From the human T2T-CHM13v2.0 reference genome, Homo sapiens, in NCBI RefSeq assembly GCF_009914755.1, contig NC_060929.1: DNA of 64,000 nucleotides; one strand, written 5' to 3'. This document shows positions 24,700-44,329 of the stretch, one piece after another (within the stretch, counting starts at the first letter, position 1; each line of letters starts with the position of its first letter). The position numbers and the translations under genes were made by a program. The notes under the pieces are model-generated. The model was not told the origin of the DNA, did no database searches, and saw only the letters and a list, made by a program, of their open reading frames with translations.

Positions 24700-26205
24700 A
24701 TTTTAAATTGACAAATAATAATTGTATCTATTTATGGGGTACAATGTAATGTTTTGATACATGTTTAAATTGTGGAAAGATTAGGTCTATCTTATTGACA
24801 TACATATCTTTTTTGTGGTGAAAACATTTAAAATCTACTCTGTTAGTCATTTTGAAACATACAATACCTTGTTATTTATTACAGTCACCATTCTGTGCAA
24901 TAGTTCACTGAAACTTTGTCTAACTGAAACTTTGAACCCTTTTATCAACATCTACCTTTTCCATGTCTACCCCCAACTACTAGCCTCTGATAATCACCAT
25001 TCCATTCTCTACTTCTATGAATTCAACTTTTTTAGATTCCACATATCAGTGAGATCATGTGATATTTGTCTTTTCGTGCCTGGCTTATTTCACTTAGCGT
25101 GATATCTTCTGGGTTAATTCATGTTGTCACATATATCAGGTTTTCCTTCCTATTAAGGCTGAGTAGTATTCCATTGTATATATACACTACATTTTCTTCA
25201 TCCATTTGTCAGTTGATAGACACCTGTGTTGATTTCATATTTGGGTATTGTGAATAATGCTGCAATGAACATGAGCCTGGAGATATCTCTTCAGCATATT
25301 GACTTAAATTCCTTTGGATATATACAAGGAAGTGGGATTGCTGGATCATATAGTAATTCTAGTTTTAGTTTTTTGAGTAACTTTTATCTATTTTTCATAA
25401 TAGTATTAATTTACATTTCCACCAACAGTGTACGAGGGTTCCCTTTTCTCTGTATCCTCTTCAACACTTGTTATCTTTTATCATTTTGATAGTAGCCATT
25501 CTAACAGGTATGAAGTGGCATCTCACTGTCATTTTAATTTGCATTTCCCTGATAATTAGGATGACAAACTTTTTTTATGTTAGTCATTTGTATTTTTTTT
25601 GAGAAATGTCTATTTAGGACCTTGCCCATTTTTTGACTTGGTTATTTGTTTTCTTGATATTGAGTTGAGTCCCTTATATATTTGGAGATTAGCCTTTCAT
25701 CAGATGTATGCTCTGCAAATATTTTCTCACAACTTGTAGGTTGTCTCTTCACCATATTGTTTCCTTTGCTGTGCAGAAGCTTTTTAGTTTGATGCAATCC
25801 CATATATTTTTGCTTTTGTTGCCTGTGCTTTGGGGGTGATATCCAAGAAATCTTTGACCAAACCAACATTGTGGAACTTTTCCCCTATGTTTTCATCTAG
25901 TAGTTTTACAGTTTTATGTTTAAACCTTTAATCCATTTTGAATTGATTTTTGTGTATGGTGTGAGATAAGGATACACACCATACACATTCGTGTTCTTCT
26001 GCATGTGGATATCTAGTTTTCTTAACACCATTTATTGAAACAAATGTCTATTCTTCATTACGTTTTCTGGGCACCTTTGTCAAAAATTTATTGGTCATAA
26101 ATGCATGAGTTTATTTCTGGGCTCCTTATTCTGTTCCCCTGGTCAATGTGTCTGTTTTTGTGCAAGTGTCATATTGTTTTGATTACTATGGTTTTGTGAT
26201 ATGTA
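24700..26205 (-). mobile_element. L1MA-type element, 3' part (continues at 34547)
   Basis: L1MA 3' UTR and ORF2-end sequence. It stops at GATTACTATGGTTTTGTGATATGT, and the consensus resumes at 34547. Confidence 0.85.
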
Positions 26206-26209
26206 CTTG

Positions 26210-34546
<8,337 letters not shown>

Positions 34547-37500
34547 TGTAATACGTTTTGAAGTCAGATTGTGAGGCCTTCAGCTTTGTTCTTATTGCTC
34601 AAGAGTGCTTTAGTTATTCAGGGTCCTTTGTGGTTCCATATAAATTTTCAAATTGTTTTTTCTATTTCTGTGAAGAATGACATTGAAATTTTGATAAATG
34701 TTGCATTAAACCTATAAATCGCTTTGGGCAGTAAGGACATTTTAAGAATATTAATTCTTCCTACCCATGAACATAAAATATCTTTCCATGTATTTGTGTC
34801 ATCTACAATTTTTCATCAATGTTTTATAGTGTTCAGAATACAGATCTTTCACCTCCTTGGTTAAATGTACTCCTAAGTACAATCCTAAATGTGCTCCTAA
34901 ACAAAAAAAATACAGTTTTTTTGATGCTACTGTGAATGAGATTGATTTCTTTATTTTTGTCATATAGTTTGTTGTGAGTGTAAAGAAACTACTGAGTTTT
35001 GTATATTGATTTTGAATTCTGCAATTTTATTGAATTCATTTATCATTTCTAATAGCTTTTTGGTGGAGTTTTTAGGGTTTCCTATATATAATATGTCATC
35101 AAACAGAGACAATTTTACTTCTTCCTTTTCAATTTGAATATCTTTTATTTCTTTATTTGGCTTAATTGCTCTGGCTAGGACTTCCAGAAATAAGTTGAAT
35201 AGAAGTAGTGAGAATAAATATCCTTGTCTTGTTCTTGATCTTAGCAGAAAAGATTTCACTTTTTCATTGTTGGGTATGATGTGAGCTGTGAGCTTGTTAT
35301 ATATGTCCTGTTTTGTGTTAAGGTACATGCCTTCTACGCCCAATTTGTTGAGAGGTTTTGTCATGAGAGGATTTTGAATTTAGTCAAATGCTTTTTCTGC
35401 ATATATAGAGATAGCTATTTTTTTATCCTTCATTCTGTTAATGTGGTTTATCACATTTGATTTGTGTTTGCTGAAACATCTGGAGGATAAATCCACTTTA
35501 TCATGGTAAATGTTCTCCTAATATGTTGTTAAATTCTGTTTGCTAGTACTTATTTTGAGGACTTTTGTATCTATGTTCATCAGGGATATTGGTTGGCCCA
35601 TACTTTTCTTATAGTGTCCTTGTTTGCCTTTTTATTTTTATTTTTATTTATTTATTTTTTAAATTATACTTTAAGTTTTAGGGTACATGTGCACAACGTG
35701 CAGGTTAGTTACATATGTATACATGTGCCATGCTGGTGTGCTACACCCATTAACTCATCATTTAACATTAGGTGTATCTCCTAATGCTATCCCTCCCCCC
35801 TCCCCCCACCCCACAACAGGCCCCAGTGCTAATATCCGGAATCTACAATGAACCCAAACAAATTTACAAGAAAAAAACAAACAACCCCATCAAAAAGTGG
35901 GCAAAGGATATGAACAGACACTTCTCAAAAGAAGACATCTATGCAGCCAAAAAACACATGAAAAAATGCTCATCATCACTGGCCATCAGAGAAGTGCAAA
36001 TCAAAACCACAATGAGATACCATCTCACACCAGTTAGAATGGCCATCATTAAAAAGTCAGGAAACAACAGGTGCTGGAGAGGATGTGGAGAAATAGGAAC
36101 ATTTTTACACTGTTGGTGGGACTGTAAACTAGTTCAACCATTGTGGAAGTCAGTGTGGCGATTTCTTAGGGATCTAGAACTAGAAATACCATTTGACCCA
36201 GCCATCCCATTACTGGGTATATACCCAAAGGATTATAAATCATGCTGCTATAAAGACACATGCACACGTATGTTTATTGCAGCACTATTCACAATAGCAA
36301 AGACTTGGAACCAATCCAAATGTCCAACAATGATAGACTGGATTAAGAAAATGTGGCACATATACACCATGGAATACTATGCAGCCATAAAAAATGATGA
36401 GTTCATGTCCTTTGTAGGGACATGGATGAAGCTGGAAACCATCATTCTCAGCAAACTATCACAAGGACAAAAAACCAAACAGTGCATGTTCTCACTCATA
36501 GGTGGGAATTGGACAATGAGAACACATGGACACAGGAAGGGGAACATCACTTTAAAAAAAAAACAATAATGCTGATCTTTTAAAATGAGTTTGGAAATAC
36601 TCTTTCTCCTTCAAGTTTTTGGAAGAATTTCAGAAGGATTGTATTATTATTTTTTAAAATGTTAGAATTCAGCAATGAAGTTTTCTGGTCCTGGGATGTT
36701 CTTTGATGGGAGATGTTTTATTATTGATATACTCTCCATACTCAGTATTGTTCTGTTCAGATTTTATCTTTCTTCTTGACTTTCTCTAGGTAAGTTGCAT
36801 TTTTCTAGAAATTTATCTGCTTTTTCTAGGTTATCCAATTTGTTGGCTTGTAATTGTTTATAGTGGCCTCTTATGATCCTCTATATTTCTGTGGTATTAG
36901 TTGCAATATTTCCTCTTTCATTTCTGATTTTATTGCTTTGAGTATTCTCTCGTTTTTCTAGTCTAGCTAATGGTTTGTCAGTTTTGTTTATCTTTTCAAA
37001 GAACAAATTCTTAGTTTCATTGATCTGTTCTATTTTCTTTCACAGTCTTTTTGTATTTGAAGGACTTGTATTTGTTAACTGGCTCAAGCCTGGAAATTTG
37101 TTGAGGTGCTATGAGTCTCTATTGCTCTCATTTCTCTTCACTAGACATAGAAATTTTCTGATTACACGAATCAAATAAGACTAATAAGCTTCCCAGGGAT
37201 GAATCCCACTTAAGCATGGTGAATTTTTTTGCTGTGTTTTCTTAAAAATAATATTTGCTAATATTTGGCTGAGGGTTTTTCCATCTAAGTTCATCAGGAG
37301 TATTGGTCTGCAATTTATTTTTATTATAGTGTCCTTCTCTGGTTTTGGTATCAGGGTAATGCTGGTTTTGAAAAATGAATTTGGAAGTATTCCTCTTCTT
37401 CATGTTTCTGGAAGCGTTTGAGAAGGATTGGTGTTAGTTATCTAAGTGTTTGTTAGAATCCAGCCACTGAGCCATTCAATCCTGGGTCTTTCTTTTATGA

Positions 37501-38010
37501 GAGACCTTTCATTGGTGATTTAATTTCCTTATTCACGATTTGTTCTAAATTTTGAATTCTTCATGATTCAGTTTTGGTACGAGTTTATCAATTTCTTCTA
37601 GGTTATCTAATTTGCTGGTGAATAATTAATTATAGTAGTATGTTATGATTTTTTAACTTCTGTGGTATCAGTTTTAATGTCTCTTCTTTCATTTCTGAGT
37701 TTGTTTTCTTTTTTCTTAGTCTATGTAAGAATTTGTTAATTTTGTTTATCTTTTCAAAAAACAATTCTTATTTTTATTGAAATTTTCAGTTTCTATTATA
37801 TTATTTCTGCTCTGATCTTTGTTATTTGTTTCCTTCTGCTATCTTTGGGCTTGTATTGTTCTCTAATTTTCTCGCTCCTTTAGGCATAATATTAGGTTGC
37901 TTATTTGAGATCTTTTTTTCTTTTTTGATGTAGGCATTTATTGCTATAAGTGTCCCTCTTATAACTGCTTTTGTTGCATCCCATATGTTTTAGTATGTTA
38001 TGTTTCCATT
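34547..38010 (-). mobile_element. Continuation of the L1MA (ORF2 region), interrupted at about 35628-36550; a second L1M fragment from about 37195
   Basis: ORF2-like translation at 34960-35364 ([14 protein letters not shown]...EEVKLSLF.DD). Confidence 0.8.
35628..36550 (-). mobile_element. Young L1PA (L1PA3/4-like), 5'-truncated with a 5' inversion
   Basis: 35628-35828 is the poly-A and 3' end on the minus strand. 35829-36550 is the preceding L1 sequence on the plus strand. Confidence 0.9.
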
Positions 38011-38433
38011 TTCATGCTACCTGATTTTAGAATATATTTCAAAGCATGGTGTACAGTGCTTTTAAAAAGAGGCTATATATAGGTATATATAAAAACAATA
38101 CACACATTGTATATAAACTATGGCATGCTTGTAAAGAAAAGAGAACATAAAGTGTCTGAGGAAATAATTAGAAGAACAAGAGGATGCAAAGGGGTCTGTC
38201 AAAGATTCAGTGAAATGAGGGTTTTTGGATATTCACAGCTAATAGATTAATGCATTAGGAATGAGCAAAAAAATTGATGGTAGTCAAACAGAGGGAGGGA
38301 GGTAGATTTTGAATGATTCAAAGCAGGAGTGTTTTGAAGATAAACAGAATAACTAAAAAGAAAGACTCAGATGAAAAGCCTAGATTTAAAGCATTTGAAT
38401 CAAGAGGTGGTAATCTAGGAATTAGGTTGATTT

Positions 38434-38560
38434 CTTTTTTTTTTAATTTGTGTAGCTTTTTATTTTATTTTTTATTATACTTTAAGTTTTAGGGTACATG
38501 TGCACAAAGTGCAGGTTTGTTACATATGTATACATGTGCCATGTTGGTGTGCTGCACCCA
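38434..38560 (-). mobile_element. Very short L1PA 3' end
   Basis: TTATTATACTTTAAGTTTTAGGGTACATGTGCAC...GCTGCACCCA; approximate TSD GGTT(G/A)ATTTC. Confidence 0.85.
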
Positions 38561-39340
38561 GAAGACTGGTTAATTTCAATAACCTAAAAATCCACAAGGT
38601 GGGAGCGTTTCACTGAAGACAGTTGTTAGAGAAACGTTAGAACCAACTTCCTTTTTTTCTCTGTCCCTTCTTCTCTGCTTTCTTCTTTTCTCCTCCTCCT
38701 CCTCCTCCCTTTACTCTCCTTCTTCTCTCTCTGTTTTTCTAATCATGAAAACAAACGAAAAAAACTATGAGCAAGAGCACAGAAAAAAGACTAGCGAAGA
38801 CTGCAGTTATTGAAAGTATCAGATACAGAAAATAAAATAACTATATTTAGTATGTTTAAAGTAAAACAAAAAATTAAAAATATCATAATGGAACAGGAAA
38901 CTCTAGAGAATGGCCAAGAAGATTAAAAGAAAACAAATAGAATGTCCATAGAGAATAACATAATTGAAATTTAAACCCAAATGAATGGTTTTAACAGAAT
39001 ATTAGTATGTTAGAAGCAGTTGAAGAGTGAACTAGTAAACTGTAATATAGGTCAGAAGGGGCTATCCAAAATGAACACAGGAATAAGGAAATGGAAAATA
39101 AGAAACATGTAGTTAGGAGACATGGAAGACAGAGGGGGAAATGCTAAAAAGTTTTAAAGAGTGTTTCAGAAGGAGAGAAAGGAGATCATGAATCAGTGTA
39201 TATATTTTTTAAATTTTATTTTATGTTCTGGGATACACGTGCAGAAAGTATAGGTTGATACATAGGTAAATGTGTGCCATGGTGGTTTGCTGCACCCATC
39301 AACCCATCACCTAGGTATGAGGCCCTGCATGCATTAGCTA

Positions 39341-41495
39341 TTTGTCCTGATGGTCTCCTACCCCCTGTCCCCCTGAGAGGCCCTGGTGTGTGTTGTTCCC
39401 CTCCATGTACCCACGTGTTTGTCCTGATGGTCTCCTACCCCCTGTCCCCCTGAGAGGCCCGGGTGTGTGTTGTTCCCCTCCATGTACCCACGTGTTTGTC
39501 CTGATGGTCTCCTACCCCCTGTCCCCCTGAGAGGCCCTGGTGTGTGTTGTTCCCCTCCATGTATCCACGTGTTTGTCCTGATGGTCTCCTACCCCCCGTC
39601 CCCCTGAGAGGCCCTGGTGTGTGTTGTTCCCCTCCATGTACCCACGTGTTTGTCCTGATGCTCTCCTACCCCCTGTCCCCCTGAGAGGCCCTGGTGTGTG
39701 TTGTTCCCCTCCATGTACCCACGTGTTTGTCCTGATGCTCTCCTACCCCCTGTCCCCCTGAGAGGCCCTGGTGTGTGTTGTTCCCCTCCATGTATCCACA
39801 TGTTTGTCCTGATGGTCTCCTACCCCCTGTCCCGCTGAGAGGCCCTGGTGTGTGTTGTTCCCCTCCATGTACCCACGTGTTTGTCCTGATGGTCTCCTAC
39901 CCCCTGTCCCCCTGAGAGGTCCTGGTGTGTGTTGTTCCCCTCCATGTATCCACGTGTTTGTCCTGATGGTCTCCTACCCCCTGTCCCCCTGAGAGGCCCT
40001 GGTGTGTGTTGTTCCCCTCCATGTATCCACGTGTTTGTCCTGATGGTCTCCTACCCCCTGTCCCCCTGAGAGGCCCTGGTGTGTGTTGTTCCCCTCCATG
40101 TATCCATGTGTTTGTCCTGATGGTCTCCTACCCCCTGTCCCCCTGAGAGGCCCTGGTGTGTGTTGTTCCCCTCCATGTATCCATGTGTTTGTCCTGATGG
40201 TCTCCTACCCCCTGTCCCCCTGAGAGGCCCTGGTGTGTGTTGTTCCCCTCCATGTATCCACGTGTTTGTCCTGATGGTCTCCTACCCCCCGTCCCCCTGA
40301 GAGGCCCTGGTGTGTGTTGTTCCCCTCCATGTATCCACGTGTTTGTCCTGATGGTCTCCTACCCCCTGTCCCCCTGAGAGGCCCTGGTGTGTGTTGTTCC
40401 CCTCCATGTATCCACGTGTTTGTCTTGATGGTCTCCTACCCCCTGTCCCGCTGAGAGGCCCTGGTGTGTGTTGTTCCCCTCCATGTACGCCCGTGTTTGT
40501 CCTGATGGTCTCCTACCCCCTGTCCCCCTGAGAGGCCCTGGTGTGTGTTGTTCCCCTCCATGTATCCACGTGTCTGTCCTGATGGTCTCCTACCCCCTGT
40601 CCCCCTGAGAGGCCCTGGTGTGTGTTGTTCCCCTCCATGTACCCACGTGTTTGTCCTGATGGTCTCCTACCCCCTGTCCCCCTGAGAGGCCCTGGTGTGT
40701 GTTGTTCCCCTCCATGTATCCACGTGTCTGTCCTGATGGTCTCCTACCCCCCGTCCCCCTGAGAGGCCCTGGTGTGTGTTGTTCCCCTCCATGTATCCAC
40801 GTGTTTGTCTTGATGGTCTCCTACCCCCTGTCCCCCTGAGAGGCCCTGGTGTGTGTTGTTCCCCTCCATGTACCCACGTGTTTGTCCTGATGGTCTCCTA
40901 CCCCCCGTCCCCCTGAGAGGCCCTGGTGTGTGTTGTTCCCCTCCATGTATCCACGTGTTTGTCTTGATGGTCTCCTACCCCCTGTCCCGCTGAGAGGCCC
41001 TGGTGTGTGTTGTTCCCCTCCATGTACCCACGTGTTTGTCCTGATGGTCTCCTACCCCCTGTCCCGCTGAGAGGTCCTGGTGTGTGTTGTTCCCCTCCAT
41101 GTACCCACGTGTTTGTCCTGATGGTCTCCTACCCCCTGTCCCGCTGAGAGGTCCTGGTGTGTGTTGTTCCCCTCCATGTACCCACGTGTTTGTCCTGATG
41201 GTCTCCTACCCCCTGTCCCCCTGAGAGGCCCTGGTGTGTGTTGTTCCCCTCCATGTACCCACGTGTTTGTCCTGATGGTCTCCTACCCCCTGTCCCCCTG
41301 AGAGGCCCTGGTGTGTGTTGTTCCCCTCCATGTACCCACGTGTTTGTCTTGATGGTCTCCTACCCCCTGTCCCCCTGAGAGGCCCTGGTGTGTGTTGTTC
41401 CCCTCCATGTATCCACGTGTTTGTCTTGATGGTCTCCTACCCCTGTCCCGCTGAGAGGCCCTGGTATGTGTTGTTCCCCTCCATGTATCCATGTG
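39341..41495. repeat. Minisatellite/VNTR, 28 copies of a 77-bp unit
   Basis: Unit TTTGTCCTGATGGTCTCCTACCCCCTGTCCCCCTGAGAGGCCCTGGTGTGTGTTGTTCCCCTCCATGTA(C/T)CCACGTG. Total 2155 bp = 28 x 77 minus a 1-bp deletion in the last unit. Confidence 0.97.
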
Positions 41496-41766
41496 TTTGC
41501 TCTCATTGTTCAACTCCCTCTTACGACTGAGAACATGTGGTGTTTGGTTTTCTGTTCCTGTGTTAGTTTGCTGAGGGTGATGGCTTCCAGCTTCATCCAT
41601 GTCCCTGCAAAGAACATGATCTCATTTATTTTAACGGCTGCATAGTATTCCATGGTGAATATATATCACATTTTCTTTATCCAATATATCATTGATGGGC
41701 ATTTGGGTTGATTCCATGTATTTTCTATCGTAAATAGTGCTGCAATAATCATATGTGTGCATGTAT

Positions 41767-41926
41767 ATGTATGTGTGTGTGTATATATATGTAGTTATAA
41801 TATGTATATATATGTGTATATATATGTGTGTATATATATACACATATATATACATTTACATATATAATATCTGTATATATGTATATATATGTGTATATAT
41901 ATGTATGTATATGTATATATATATAT
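41767..41926. repeat. (TA)n/(TG)n compound microsatellite
   Basis: Directly visible, adjoining the Alu tail. Confidence 0.9.
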
Positions 41927-42215
<289 letters not shown>

Positions 42216-42625
42216 CTGTGCATGTATCTTTATAATAGAATGATTTATATTCCTTTGGGCATATATCCAGTAAAGGGATTGCTGGGGCAAATGGCATTTC
42301 TGGTTCTAGATCTTTGAGGAATTTTCACACTGCCTTCCACAGTGAATGAACTAATTTACATTCCCACAAACAGTGTAAAAACATTCCTATTTCTCCACAG
42401 CCTTACCAGCAACTGTTGTTTCTGGAGTTTTTGATAATCACCATTAAGACTGGTTTGAGATAGTATCTCATTGTGGTTTTGAGTTGCATTTCTCTAATGA
42501 TCAGTGATTTGAGCTTTTTTTCATATGTTTGTTGGCCACATCCATGTCTTCTTTTGAGAATTGTCTGTTCATGTCCTTTGGCCAATTTTTGATGTTTTTT
42601 TTTTTTCTTGTAAATTTAAGTTCTC

Positions 42626-43655
42626 CATAGGAGCAGGTGCTCTAATTGCTTGGAGGTCTGCCTATGTGTGGAGATGAGAGGGCCTCACTGCACTATAATC
42701 TCAGCACAGGAAGGTTGGGGAAGCTCAGGCTGCTGATCCAGTCAAGTGGGTACTCCACATACCTGGAAATCTGCCTGGCCATAGACTGGAGAGGGCCCCA
42801 CTGCACCACAACCTATGTTTATAAACGGTGGGGTAGCTCAGGATGCTGGTCCAGGTAGACAGGTGCTCCAATGCCTGAATTTCTGCCTGGGGGTGAAGCA
42901 GAGAAAGCCCTGCTGTATCACATTCTCAGGGGAACAGGCTGGGGCACCCAGCAATGACACCTGCAGACTGGTTGTAGGTCTCCAAGCTGGCCCTGGCTGC
43001 AAGTTTCATCACCTGGGAGAAATTACAGCTGTAGCAGCTTTTCTGTTGCCCCGAGGCTGCGATGGGGGAAAGCACAATTCCAGCACATACTGCTGAGGTG
43101 TTTTCCACAATATGGCTGTGAAGGTCCCTACCAAGCCCCAAAGCAGTTGTTCCAATCTTTGGCCTGAGACTAAAATGCCTGTGCAGGCATTCTGCTGGGT
43201 CACAAAAAGAAAAAAAAAAGCTGACTTTGCATGCATCCAGATTGAAAATGGCATCTTGCTCTTACTTCCTGGTCTGGGAAAATGTCTGCAGCTGTTCCCA
43301 GTGTCTTTGCTTCACAGCATCTCCAAGCCTCTCCCCATGTTGACTCCAGGCCTTGGGAGAAACAAAATGCAACAACTTGGCTGGGGTTGCTCAGATTCAC
43401 AGTGAAAATGTCAGTTACAGAGGGAGGCTCTCTGCCTCTCTCACATACTAGGACTTCGCTCACTTTTATAAGCTGGTTGCTGTCATGTTGACTGTTTGCT
43501 CACATTCTCCTTCTTGGGATCTATGATGTCCTTCATGATTCTGGTGGATTCCCATTTTCCTTCTTGACTTAGAGCTCACAGAGTTGACCTTTGTGCACTC
43601 TCTTGCTATTTCTAAGTGGCCGAGGCATACTAAAAGCCTCTAATTTATCATCTTT
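42626..43655 (-). mobile_element. 5' UTR of an old L1 (L1M/L1PB-era)
   Basis: The minus strand begins CAAAGATGATAAATTAGAGGCTTTTAGTATGCCTCGGCCACTTAGAAATAGCAAG, resembling old L1 5' ends. Confidence 0.55.
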
Positions 43656-43699
43656 GGAAAAAAACAAAACAGGGAAGTTTGCTTTTGCAAATTGTTGTT

Positions 43700-44180
43700 T
43701 GTGGGGGTCTGTCCTGCAGACCCCAGCTGCACGAGGGATGAATAATGTACTCAGACACCAATTATTCAGTGAAAGAGCCGCTAGGGGGCTGGGCCGTGCA
43801 CAGAAAGAGTTCTGGCAGCCACGAGCCCTGACTAGCTAGCCCTGCCAGCATTTATTGAAAAAACATTAAATGACAGGGGCTTTTAGTCAACACAAATAGA
43901 GGGTAATTAACCTGGTCACCCTCCCCCGAGAGAGAGCCATCCTGCCTGTGAATGATCAAAGGTTGGCTTCAGGACCACATGAGTAAACAAGTTATTTAGA
44001 TAAACTCCCTTACATTCCTTTGCACCTACTTTAAGCTATTTACTCAAGGAAGGATTAGGCCGCCTTCATTCAGATCTATTACTGAAGCTATACAACACCC
44101 CCAGCCTTCCATGAAGGTTTGTGTCGATTTCTTATAACTATCTTTAAAATTTTTCCCACCAGCCTGACTGAACTCCCACA
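43700..44180 (-). mobile_element. Solo LTR, LTR22-like (HERV-K HML-5)
   Basis: The minus strand runs TGTGGGAGTTCAGTCAGGCTGGTGGGAAAAATTTTA...CCCCCACA, 481 bp, with AATAAA inside. Exact 6-bp TSD GTTGTT at 43694-43699 and 44181-44186. Confidence 0.85.
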
Positions 44181-44329
44181 GTTGTTGCTACTTTTTGAAA
44201 TTGAAATACTTCTAGGAAGACTGATTAAGAACAATATAGAGAAAAGACATATTTTTCAAACTCCTGATGAAGAAGAAACATCCGTATTAATATATAGCTA
44301 ATAAAAAGATAAGAGATGTTGTGGAAAAC

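Noticed and set aside
35772-36569. 265-aa ORF as a novel gene
   Set aside because: It is the L1 ORF2 C-terminus fused to inverted L1 3' UTR, and the track's start codon is not an ATG.
39341-41495. CRISPR-like array, or a coding repeat
   Set aside because: The units are contiguous with no unique spacers, derive from an L1 3' UTR and have no cas genes nearby. The 77-bp unit shifts frame and hits stop codons.
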